Assembly (NCBI GenBank): GCA_964440825.1
Contig: CAYYKU010000002.1
Location: 1 to 37,150, forward strand
Direction: 5' to 3'
Origin: Candidatus Woesearchaeota archaeon
GTDB taxonomy: Archaea > Nanobdellota > Nanobdellia > Pacearchaeales > GW2011-AR1
DNA: 37,150 nt
A program made the position numbers and the translations under genes. Below are positions 15,311-23,198 of this stretch, in pieces. The notes beneath the pieces were generated by a model that had not been told where the DNA came from, ran no database searches, and was given only the letters and a program-made list of their open reading frames with translations. Within the stretch, counting starts at the first letter, position 1, and the number at the start of each line of letters is the position of its first letter.

Positions 15311-16035
15311 GTTAATCTCCTTAAAACCCACGTTGAAAATTCAACAACAGAGTCATCGGCAGTCTTTAAATTAGCAGTACAAAGTCCACAAGGTGTTAAA
15401 GTAAATTGGGCATCGGTTGGTTTTTCATCCATTCTTTTTTTAGCAATCTTCTTAGCAGTATCTGGATAATTTGCCCGCATCCCACCACCAGCACCACAAC
15501 ATAAAGCATTTTCTTTATTATGTCTCATTTCCTTCAGTTCTCCACCTAATAACTTAATTATTTCACGAGGTTCATCATAAATTCCAGAATATCTTCCTAA
15601 GTGGCAAGGATCGTGATATGTGACAATTTCTCTACCTGAAAATTGTTTTAGTTTTCTGTTTTTCAAAGCGTTAAGAACTGTCTGCGTTACATGCTCAACT
15701 TCAATGTCCCACTCTCTTAACAACTTAGGATATTCATTCTTGAACATATTGTAGCATCCTGCACACGGAGTAATTATTTTATCAATATTCTGCTTTTTGA
15801 ATAAAGTATAGTTCTTTTTAGCTAAATCTTTTGTATCTTTTTTATAGCCCGCATTCATAACTGGGCTACCGCAACAAACTTCAGTACTTGGCAACATAAC
15901 AAAGTCAATTCCCAAAAGATTGAAAATTCTCTTGTAATTCTCCTGTTCTGCAGTCATAACGTTTTTCAACATACAACCAGGATAATACAGTGTCTGGGCA
16001 TTCATCCCTTTTAAAATATCTAAGATTTTAACCAT
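15307..16035 (-). CDS. cysteine-rich CCG-domain Fe-S oxidoreductase subunit (HdrB / GlcF C-terminal / LutA-like)
   Basis: Two CCG modules: YYPGC...EVCCGSP...PCAGC and HDPCH...ALCCGAGGG...PCGLC. Confidence 0.8.
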   Translation of the reverse strand: MVKILDILKGMNAQTLYYPGCMLKNVMTAEQENYKRIFNLLGIDFVMLPSTEVCCGSPVMNAGYKKDTKDLAKKNYTLFKKQNIDKIITPCAGCYNMFKNEYPKLLREWDIEVEHVTQTVLNALKNRKLKQFSGREIVTYHDPCHLGRYSGIYDEPREIIKLLGGELKEMRHNKENALCCGAGGGMRANYPDTAKKIAKKRMDEKPTDAQFTLTPCGLCTANLKTADDSVVEFSTWVLRRLT

Positions 16036-16075
16036 AAAACTCTATAGTTTGGCACTTTAAATCGTTTTTGGTAAT

Positions 16076-16657
16076 CTATGCAGCCAAAGTAACTAGATTG
16101 TAAGCACCCGTAAATATTAACTCTATTGCCATTGCAGTTAAAAATAAACCTAAAATTTTAGAACTGATTTCAATAACTCTAAAGTTTATCTTCTTTATAC
16201 TATAGGAGAATAAGACAAAAACAAGCCCTACTAAGATGAATGTAAATACTATGTTCAACAAAAGAGTAGTTCTACCAATTTCCAATGACTTAATTATAAT
16301 AAATGAGATTGTAGCAGGTCCAGTCAAAAGAGGTGTTGCTAAAATTGAGATTAAACTATCAACTTTTCCAACGTTTTCTTTCACGTGTTTATCTCTAATA
16401 GTATCTAAACCTAGTAAAAGCAAACAAATACCGCCTGCAATTCTAAAAGAATCAACCGTTATTCCAAAAAATCCGAATAATTTAGCGCCAATCAAACAAA
16501 TAATTACTGCAATAACAAAAGCCAAGATAGAAGCTTGAACTGCAATTTTCTTAACGTTCATTTTATTCTGGTGGGCCGTAAATAAAACTGGAAAAGATGA
16601 AAAGGGATTTATTAATACAAACATCTGTGCAATTAAGGCAATACTTATCCATTCCAT
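16076..16657 (-). CDS. MarC-family (UPF0056) integral membrane protein
   Basis: Six predicted TM helices. N-terminal LINPFSSFPVLF motif. 193 aa. Confidence 0.65.
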   Translation of the reverse strand: MEWISIALIAQMFVLINPFSSFPVLFTAHQNKMNVKKIAVQASILAFVIAVIICLIGAKLFGFFGITVDSFRIAGGICLLLLGLDTIRDKHVKENVGKVDSLISILATPLLTGPATISFIIIKSLEIGRTTLLLNIVFTFILVGLVFVLFSYSIKKINFRVIEISSKILGLFLTAMAIELIFTGAYNLVTLAA

Positions 16658-16678
16658 GGCTATAAGATAATAATTAGT

Positions 16679-16686
16679 TTTTTAAA
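16679..16686 (-). promoter_or_regulatory. TATA box (TTTAAAAA on minus strand) for the MarC-family gene
   Basis: The distal end lies 29 nt from ATG-16657 and overlaps the stop of the upstream gene. Confidence 0.45.
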
Positions 16687-17395
16687 TACTTGCTTGTCTC
16701 AAAGAACCTTCAATTATTCTGTGTGTACGATACATAGATTCCCCAGATACTAAAAATGCTAAACCAGATATACTGTGGCTAGGTAGTGCTTTAGAGAGTA
16801 AATTTGTAAGTTTAAACCCTTCTCCGCACTCTGGAATTCCTTTAATGGGTACGGATTCTACAATAGCATGACTGTGTCCATGCTCTGTCGCATTTCTTAT
16901 TGGGGCAACAACTGATTGAGTCATGTCATTTAGGCAATTCAAATCTTCCAAGCAGTAATCTAAACTACCTGATTCTCTTAATTGGACAATCTTTTTTAAG
17001 TTAAACTCGTCGCCTACTGCAGAAGTAAAATCTTTTTCAGATTCATTAATTCTTTGATCTTTTCTGTGAATTTCTTCTTCAGGTAAATAATTTGCTTGAA
17101 GAAATCTATTTACATTATCATACATAGATTTAGCAGAACTAAAGGCTACTGCTGCATTGTTTGAGATGGAATCTTTTATTTTTTTTCTAAAAGGAGATAA
17201 AAAAGTGGGGAGAATTGCATAAGCGATATCGGTAATTAACATTCTGTTTGTTGCTCTAGACATTCTGTATGCTTCAGACCTAGCCCCTTCTAAGAAATAA
17301 TTAATATATTTACTCCTTGTTTCACTATTAGTGGGCTCGGCTTTTGCTTTATCTACTATCTGTCCAAATATTGTGCGTTTAATTATTCCATCCAT
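16682..17395 (-). CDS. hypothetical protein
   Basis: A long ORF with its own TATA box (17417-17424, 29 nt from the ATG). It contains NATEHGHSHA. No confident family assignment. Confidence 0.5.
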   Translation of the reverse strand: MDGIIKRTIFGQIVDKAKAEPTNSETRSKYINYFLEGARSEAYRMSRATNRMLITDIAYAILPTFLSPFRKKIKDSISNNAAVAFSSAKSMYDNVNRFLQANYLPEEEIHRKDQRINESEKDFTSAVGDEFNLKKIVQLRESGSLDYCLEDLNCLNDMTQSVVAPIRNATEHGHSHAIVESVPIKGIPECGEGFKLTNLLSKALPSHSISGLAFLVSGESMYRTHRIIEGSLRQASI

Positions 17396-17472
17396 AAAAT
17401 GTCAGCTACAAATATGTTTTTAAACCTTCCTATTTGTAACTACTAAATAGATACAACTAAATCTTCAATATT

Positions 17473-17480
17473 CTTTTAAA
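17473..17480 (+). promoter_or_regulatory. TATA box (CTTTTAAA) for the zinc-ribbon gene
   Basis: The box begins 29 nt upstream of ATG-17502. Confidence 0.45.
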
Positions 17481-17501
17481 GAAACTTTGGGCTATAAGTA
17501 A

Positions 17502-17750
17502 ATGGTAAAAAAGAGTATGCAAAAGATACCTACTTCAATTATTTTGGTTTGTCCACATTGTAAAAAAGGAACTACTGCAAAAGTCTCAATCGAATCATCT
17601 CCTCAAAAATATACTTGTCCAAAATGTAAGGAAGAAGTTAGAACGCCAATAACGAGTTGCTGCGTAATCTGCGCTTTCTCAAAATCTGGCACAAAATGCC
17701 CTAGAGAATTATATATGAAAGCAAGAGTTAGGGGATGGGAATTAAGATAA
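17502..17750 (+). CDS. small cysteine-rich zinc-ribbon protein (GDCCVxC-like arrangement)
   Basis: CPHC...(20 aa)...CPKC zinc ribbon, followed by TSCCVICAFSKSGTKCP. Confidence 0.55.
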   Translation: MVKKSMQKIPTSIILVCPHCKKGTTAKVSIESSPQKYTCPKCKEEVRTPITSCCVICAFSKSGTKCPRELYMKARVRGWELR

Positions 17751-18314
17751 TTACTCTTTCAAATAACTGCCCTTTTGTAATTCCCAAAGTTTCTTGTATT
17801 CTCCAGATTTCCTTATCAATTCGTTATGTTTGCCCATCTGAACAATCTTCCCTTCTTTTATAACAACAATTATATCTGCATTCATAATAGTTGAAAGTCT
17901 GTGTGCAATAACAATAGATGTCCTTCCTTCCATTAATTTCTGCAAGTCCTTCTGTATTTCATGTTCTGTTTCGGAATCTAGTGCAGATGTTGCTTCGTCT
18001 AAGACTAGTACTTTCTTATTAGCCAAAATAGCTCTAGCAATAGAAACTCTCTGTTTTTCCCCACCAGATAATTTTATGCCTCTTTCACCAACAATAGTAT
18101 CTTCTTTATTAGGAAATCTACTAACTATCTTGTCTAATTGTGCAAATTTAATTGCCTGCATTACTTGTTCTCTTGTAGCTTTAGGATTTGAGAATTTAAT
18201 ATTATTATAAATAGTATCATCAAACAAGATACATTCCTGTGGGACGATAGCCATCTCATTTCTCAAGGATTCATGTTTTACATTTCTAATGTCTTTACCT
18301 TCTATTGTTTTCAT
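17751..18314 (-). CDS. ABC-exporter ATP-binding domain fragment lacking Walker A and any transmembrane domain (possible pseudogene remnant)
   Basis: It starts at the equivalent of ...IxIDGxDIR, just after the P-loop. It retains the Q-loop (VPQE), the signature LSGGEKQRVSIARA, Walker B VLVLDEATSALD and the H-loop IAHRLST. AGGAG lies 5 nt upstream of its ATG. Confidence 0.6.
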   Translation of the reverse strand: MKTIEGKDIRNVKHESLRNEMAIVPQECILFDDTIYNNIKFSNPKATREQVMQAIKFAQLDKIVSRFPNKEDTIVGERGIKLSGGEKQRVSIARAILANKKVLVLDEATSALDSETEHEIQKDLQKLMEGRTSIVIAHRLSTIMNADIIVVIKEGKIVQMGKHNELIRKSGEYKKLWELQKGSYLKE

Positions 18315-18323
18315 TAAGTCTCC

Positions 18324-19403
18324 TTAAAACAACTTACCTTTCAATAAGTATAATCCTAATAACACTAAGACAACGCCCGCAGCAAATCTCATCCATCTCT
18401 TCTCACCATTTGTCCATCTTTGCAACATTTCAGGAGAAGTTCCTTTGTAGATAATAAGAGTAATTATAACTAAGGGCAAAACAAAAATTAAGTTATATAA
18501 GAATAAATATCCCCAAGCAAAATTCCCATGTTTAGCCATTAGCGAAAGAATAGCCAAATAAATTCCACCCGTACAAGGTAACTCGAATAATGAAACCAAA
18601 ACACCCAAACCAATTATTGCTGCTAATGTTCCTTTATGACTCATTCTTTCAAGCAAAGGTTTTGCACTTGTAGGGATTTTCAAAATTGCTTTTTTATCTT
18701 TTTTAGCTCTGAAGAAATCAACAAATTCTAACATACCAAACATTAAAACTAAAAATCCTGCAACAATATAAACAACATTTCCCAAGTAAGAAACCGACTG
18801 TATTGCCTTAAAAATTCCAAAACCAGCCATAAAATAAACCAAGAAAACAACAAAACTGTAAATTAAACCATATCTTAGGGCTCTTTTTGAAGAACCTACT
18901 TTTAATAAAGAAATTAGTAAGAAAATCAAAACACCAAATGCACAAGGATTAATAGAATCAATTACTGCGGCAACAACAATACTTCCAAGAGTAATCTGAT
19001 CATTTGAAATTTCAGGAATACTTGTTTCAGAAATAGGGGTGAAATTCCCGGTCTTAGCATAATTCTCAGCATTGGCAATTATTGGTTTATCACCGACTAA
19101 ATAAGTAACTTTTCCAGAATAATTAATCATCATAAAGGGAATTCCTTTTTCATTATCTTTTACATTTAATAAACTTTGAATTTCCTTAAACTTTTCCTGC
19201 CCTTTAACATCATAATATACTTCATATTGGGTTAGACTAACTCCTTCTATGCCTTCTACCTTCTCCAAAACTCCCGAATCTGCAACAATCGCACAATGTG
19301 GGCATCCAATACCATGAAAATATAAAACCTCTGTTTGAGCGTAAGCGCTAGAAAGCATAAAAACCATACATAATATACTCAAAAATAACACACCTTTATT
19401 CAT
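18324..19403 (-). CDS. thioredoxin-like domain fused to CcdA/DsbD-type thiol:disulfide transmembrane electron-transfer domain
   Basis: Signal peptide, then a CxxC (GIGCPHCAIV). The membrane domain carries the two conserved Cys motifs INPCAFGV and ELPCTGGIY. Confidence 0.75.
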   Translation of the reverse strand: MNKGVLFLSILCMVFMLSSAYAQTEVLYFHGIGCPHCAIVADSGVLEKVEGIEGVSLTQYEVYYDVKGQEKFKEIQSLLNVKDNEKGIPFMMINYSGKVTYLVGDKPIIANAENYAKTGNFTPISETSIPEISNDQITLGSIVVAAVIDSINPCAFGVLIFLLISLLKVGSSKRALRYGLIYSFVVFLVYFMAGFGIFKAIQSVSYLGNVVYIVAGFLVLMFGMLEFVDFFRAKKDKKAILKIPTSAKPLLERMSHKGTLAAIIGLGVLVSLFELPCTGGIYLAILSLMAKHGNFAWGYLFLYNLIFVLPLVIITLIIYKGTSPEMLQRWTNGEKRWMRFAAGVVLVLLGLYLLKGKLF

Positions 19404-19424
19404 GAAAACACTACCAAAAGAACA

Positions 19425-19432
19425 TTTATAAA
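19425..19432. promoter_or_regulatory. single palindromic TATA box TTTATAAA shared by divergent genes starting at 19403 (-) and 19454 (+)
   Basis: The 50-bp intergenic region is 21 nt + 8-nt box + 21 nt. The box is 29 nt from both start codons. Confidence 0.5.
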
Positions 19433-19453
19433 AGTTACTAGGTAATTAGTTTC

Positions 19454-19966
19454 ATGGTTAATATTGTAATTTTAACTGGTCCACCCGGAGCCGGAAAGTC
19501 TACAATAAATGAAATCCTAGCTAGTAAAATGCAGAATAGTGCTGTTGTTTCTTCAGATAGTTTAAGAGACTTTATAAAAAATGGACATGCTAATAGGGAT
19601 GACTTAGATTGGCAAAAACAGTTGTCTCTTGGTGCAGATAATACAATTTTACTGGCAAAGAATTTTTACAAAAATGGATTTAATGTTTTTATAGATGATG
19701 TTCTAATTGGGGAAAAGTTTTATCAATATTTTGACAGTTTAAAAGATTATAACTTAAAAATATTTCTTCTTTTGCCGAATAAAGAAGTAGTGGCTAAACG
19801 AGACCTCGAAAGGGGTGAATGGGCAATGAAAGAAAGAGCAATGTATCTTTATGATAAGTTTGAGCAATTCTTAATAAAAGAAAAAAGATTTATTATTATA
19901 GACAGTTCGACACAGACACCTGAAGAAACAGCACAAATAATAGAAAATGAACTAAAAATTACTTAA
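19454..19966 (+). CDS. P-loop kinase-like ATPase (AAA_33/zeta-toxin-like small kinase)
   Basis: Walker A LTGPPGAGKST at the extreme N-terminus, Walker B-like VFIDDV, 170 aa. Confidence 0.6.
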   Translation: MVNIVILTGPPGAGKSTINEILASKMQNSAVVSSDSLRDFIKNGHANRDDLDWQKQLSLGADNTILLAKNFYKNGFNVFIDDVLIGEKFYQYFDSLKDYNLKIFLLLPNKEVVAKRDLERGEWAMKERAMYLYDKFEQFLIKEKRFIIIDSSTQTPEETAQIIENELKIT

Positions 19967-20042
19967 ATCATTTTAATAAAAGTTATCTGGAGACTAGTTT
20001 CAGGAGAGAAAACTATTTAATGGAGATTATTTATATTAAATA

Positions 20043-20369
20043 ATGAAAATTAACAAAATAATAATTGTTCTTCTTGTAATTGTTATAATTATTGGAATAA
20101 CATCATTTGTAACAATAAAACTTTTTGTTAAAAAAGAGCTTGTCTGTAATTCTCAGCAGGTTTACAAAGGAAATAGTAATAGTATAGGAAGTTGTGACGA
20201 CATCTGCAAAAATGCTGGAGAATTATATTTTAATACAAATAAAATGTTCTGCACTGGAGCAAAAAACATTGTTGAAGAAAACGGAGTAGTAAAAAATATT
20301 TATGACCATGCCTGCAACGATGTGACAATTGATTTTCCAAAAACATGTAATTGTTGTACATATAAATAA
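20043..20369 (+). CDS. small membrane-anchored Cys-rich protein (hypothetical)
   Basis: N-terminal TM helix (IIIVLLVIVIIIGITSFVTI), then eight Cys in about 75 aa. A TATTTAAT box begins 29 nt upstream. Confidence 0.45.
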   Translation: MKINKIIIVLLVIVIIIGITSFVTIKLFVKKELVCNSQQVYKGNSNSIGSCDDICKNAGELYFNTNKMFCTGAKNIVEENGVVKNIYDHACNDVTIDFPKTCNCCTYK

Positions 20370-20420
20370 TTCCTCTTTTCCTACCTAAATCATTTTAAAC
20401 CCTGCCTTCTAAAAAATTTT

Positions 20421-21179
20421 ATGGCAAGATATTCTCACTCAAAAATTTCAACCTATGAAAACTGTCCTTTCCAATATAAATTACACTATATAGATAAAGT
20501 AAAACCAGACGCGCCAAACACAATTGAAGCATTTATGGGTAGTATGGTTCACGAAGCACTAGAAAAGCTCTACAAAGACAGAAGTGAAGGTAAACATAAC
20601 ACAATAATTGACATTAAAATATTTTTCAAAGAAACTTGGGAGAAAAATTACACGCCAGACATTCTAATCGTGAAATACGGAATGACAGAACAAGACTACA
20701 AACAGAAGGGATGGAACTTTCTCAAGAATTACTACGATTCAATTTTTCTACACGATCAATTAGATATAATTGGATTAGAAACAGAAGATTTAATGGAATT
20801 AGCAGATGGGAGCCATTGGAGTGTTAGAATAGACAAACTTGGAAGGGATAAAGAGGGAAACTTTTATGTTTGCGACTACAAAACAAACTCACGAATGAAG
20901 GAGCAAGTTGATGCAGATGAAGATAGACAGCTTGCGATGTATTCTATTTGGGTAAAGAAGAATTTCCAAGATGCGAAATCCGTAAAGCTAATCTGGCATA
21001 TGTTGGCATTTAATGAAACAGTTATCTCCGAGAGAAATTCAAAACAAGAAGAAAGGCTGGAGCAAGAGATTATTGAAAAAATAAAAGCAATAGAACAAGC
21101 TGAAAAAGATTGTAATTTCCCAAAAAATCCAAGCAAACTCTGTGATTATTGTTTATATAGAAAAACCTGTTGGAAATAA
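20421..21179 (+). CDS. PD-(D/E)XK nuclease, Cas4/RecB-like with Fe-S cysteine cluster
   Basis: N-terminal Cys (YENCPFQY), the nuclease core D...VCDYKTN, QLAMY, and the C-terminal CDYCLYRKTC. Confidence 0.8.
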   Translation: MARYSHSKISTYENCPFQYKLHYIDKVKPDAPNTIEAFMGSMVHEALEKLYKDRSEGKHNTIIDIKIFFKETWEKNYTPDILIVKYGMTEQDYKQKGWNFLKNYYDSIFLHDQLDIIGLETEDLMELADGSHWSVRIDKLGRDKEGNFYVCDYKTNSRMKEQVDADEDRQLAMYSIWVKKNFQDAKSVKLIWHMLAFNETVISERNSKQEERLEQEIIEKIKAIEQAEKDCNFPKNPSKLCDYCLYRKTCWK

Positions 21180-21181
21180 AG

Positions 21182-21922
21182 TTATTTTAGTCTAAATACT
21201 ATTGGAGTCCAAATTTGTCTGTTACTAATATCATTCTTTGGCACAAAAGTATTTGATTCAATAATTCTTGCAATATGAGTCAGTCTTTCGTCTATGTGGA
21301 TTGATTGATTTAAGAACGATTCGTCTTCAGGTTTAAGAAAAGATTTATAAAAAGGATTCAAACCTTTTGAACAATAGATTAAACCCTTAGGTTTTAATTT
21401 AGATTTTAGCCTATTTATTAATTCCTTTAGAGTAATCTTCATATTAGTATCTTCTATATTAGATAAGTACATTTTTGAAACAGGGCTAATGGAATCTAAC
21501 CCTTCAAAAAAATCGCCCCCTATTACCTTTAATCTTTCAGCATTATCTGCTATTTTATCGAATCTTATACGCATATTTTCGACACCAAATGAACGAAAAT
21601 AAGTATTTCTTCTTACAAGATTATAACTACTGAGTTGAGAATATCCAGAAAGATATAAACTATCGTCTTCTACTCCCTTTTCTGTGACTTTTAAAAATCC
21701 ATCTATATCTCTATCTAGTAAAAATTCTAATCTTTTTTTTATTAATTCTATCTGTTTCGGTTCGTTATCAACAGCAATAACTTTTTTTACATATTCTAGC
21801 ATTGCAAATGGCAAATCTCCGCTCCCACCAACAGAGTAGACTTCATCATGCGGTTTTAAATTCAATCCAAGTGTTACTGCAGCGATGCTTTCATTGGTCC
21901 TAGAATATCCTAATTCTGTCAT
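21182..21922 (-). CDS. Rossmann-fold SAM-dependent enzyme-like protein (DUF3419/BtaA-like)
   Basis: VYSVGGSGDLPFAMLEYVKKVIAVDNEPKQIELIKKRL matches the pattern I recall for that family. A TATA box lies at 21944-21951, 29 nt from the ATG. Confidence 0.45.
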   Translation of the reverse strand: MTELGYSRTNESIAAVTLGLNLKPHDEVYSVGGSGDLPFAMLEYVKKVIAVDNEPKQIELIKKRLEFLLDRDIDGFLKVTEKGVEDDSLYLSGYSQLSSYNLVRRNTYFRSFGVENMRIRFDKIADNAERLKVIGGDFFEGLDSISPVSKMYLSNIEDTNMKITLKELINRLKSKLKPKGLIYCSKGLNPFYKSFLKPEDESFLNQSIHIDERLTHIARIIESNTFVPKNDISNRQIWTPIVFRLK

Positions 21923-21960
21923 GTTGGAAAAATAAGAGACATATTTTTAAACGTATCGAA

Positions 21961-22869
21961 TCAATTAAATCTTTCTTTAAATGTTTCAAAATAAACTATC
22001 AGTAAAGTCAATAATATTGGCCCAATAAATATGCCCGGAAGTCCGAACATTGTAGCACCACCTATAACTCCTATAATTACTAATATTGGGCTCACTTTGG
22101 CTTTAGACTGTACGATCTTCGCAAGCAAGACATTATCAATCGTACTAATTACTAACATGCCGTAAAAGAACAAAAATATTCCCTTTATTAATATCCAAGT
22201 ATTATTGGAAAAATAGCCTGTTAACATCAAGAAGGCAGAAGTTGGCACCCAGACAAGAGATGTCCCAACATTAGGAATAAGTGCACAGAATGCCATTACA
22301 ACGCCTAAAAACATAGGAAATGGAACACCTAGGAGATAGAAACCTATCGTACCAACAACTCCCTGTACAAATGCAACAAACAACTGCGCATAAATAACTG
22401 TATGAGTAATATTTCCAAATTCAGAAATTAATCTATTTTTAGTTTTAGTTCTCATAGGGATTAAATCCGTTATTTTTTTCAATATATTCTCCCAATCCTT
22501 TAAAATAAAAAAGGCAATAATAAAAGTAAGAAATATCTCGGCAATTAAAATGGGGATGCTAAATACAAAATTACTTATTTTATCTTGTAAAAGCAATAAC
22601 AAATCTTCCAATCTAGTATCAAAACCGAATTTAGAGAGATATTTTGTGCTAAATCTTTCTGCTTTATTTATCAAGGAACAAATCATTGATTCGGAACTAA
22701 TGCAAGATAAACCAAATAACTCTCCCTTTATCGTATCTCCAGATAAAGAATTGTATAAAGAATACCCTTGTTGTGTAACTTCAAATGCTAAAAAAGAGAA
22801 AGGAATTAGTATAATAATCAAAACAGTAAATAAGGATAAAAAAATATCAATACCCTTAAAAACTCTCAT
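21961..22869 (-). CDS. AI-2E family (PerM/UPF0118) transporter
   Basis: A multi-TM protein with ALIPNVGTSLVWVP and a C-terminal GLPGIFIGPILL motif. The N-terminus looks short for the family, and there is no TATA box at -29. Confidence 0.65.
   Translation of the reverse strand: MRVFKGIDIFLSLFTVLIIILIPFSFLAFEVTQQGYSLYNSLSGDTIKGELFGLSCISSESMICSLINKAERFSTKYLSKFGFDTRLEDLLLLLQDKISNFVFSIPILIAEIFLTFIIAFFILKDWENILKKITDLIPMRTKTKNRLISEFGNITHTVIYAQLFVAFVQGVVGTIGFYLLGVPFPMFLGVVMAFCALIPNVGTSLVWVPTSAFLMLTGYFSNNTWILIKGIFLFFYGMLVISTIDNVLLAKIVQSKAKVSPILVIIGVIGGATMFGLPGIFIGPILLTLLIVYFETFKERFN
22855..22862 (+). promoter_or_regulatory. TATA-like box (CTTAAAAA) for the small acidic ORF
   Basis: The box begins 29 nt upstream of ATG-22884. 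Confidence 0.35.
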
Positions 22870-22883
22870 TCTACTAACAAATT

Positions 22884-23042
22884 ATGGAAGAAGAAACAAA
22901 AACACAAGAACCTGTTGAACAAACAGCTCCAGTAGCTGAAACAACAGAAGCTGAAAAACCAGTAGAATCTACTGAATCAGCTGAAAACCCTGCGGAAGAA
23001 ACTCCAAAGGTTGAAGAAAAAGCAACACCAGCCGATGCTTAA
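22884..23042 (+). CDS. 52-aa acidic low-complexity micro-protein (not in ORF track)
   Basis: Hand translation gives MEEETKTQEPVEQTAPVAETTEAEKPVESTESAENPAEETPKVEEKATPADA*. It has a correctly spaced TATA-like box, is followed by T-tracts, and is locally richer in G+C than the flanking spacer. Confidence 0.35.
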   Translation: MEEETKTQEPVEQTAPVAETTEAEKPVESTESAENPAEETPKVEEKATPADA

Positions 23043-23094
23043 AACTTCACAATAGAACTAAACTGATAGGTTTTATTGAAACAATTTTTTATCA

Positions 23095-23118
23095 GGGACG
23101 GAGGGTGGGATTTTTTTT
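23095..23118 (+). terminator. G-run cluster (GGGACGGAGGGTGGG) followed by T8, candidate archaeal oligo-T terminator
   Basis: This is the only G-rich patch in the spacer. T8 at 23111-23118 lies downstream of the micro-ORF. Confidence 0.3.
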
Positions 23119-23176
23119 AAAGAATAAGCGAATAGTATACACTATATAAATAATTTTTTAATATGGGTCTTTTTTT

Positions 23177-23198
23177 AAAAAATAAAAAAATAAAAAAA
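23177..23198 (-). terminator. three consecutive oligo-T tracts (T7, T7, T6 on minus strand) just after the stop of the 23211-23852 gene
   Basis: The plus strand reads aaaaaataaaaaaataaaaaaat. Archaeal termination uses oligo-T tracts. Confidence 0.5.

Noticed and set aside
16682-17395. Possible degenerate GHKL/histidine-kinase ATPase (NATEHGHSHA resembling an N-box) that could partner the orphan receiver.
   Set aside because: I could identify no H-box/DHp region and no G1/G2 boxes. The resemblance rests on a single short motif.
23090-23120. G+C-rich patch in the 22870-23210 spacer, considered as a possible tRNA or other structured RNA gene.
   Set aside because: It is only ~15 nt of G-runs, with no complementary arm, no acceptor or T-arm pattern, and too short for a tRNA. 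I kept it only as a possible terminator or G4-like element.
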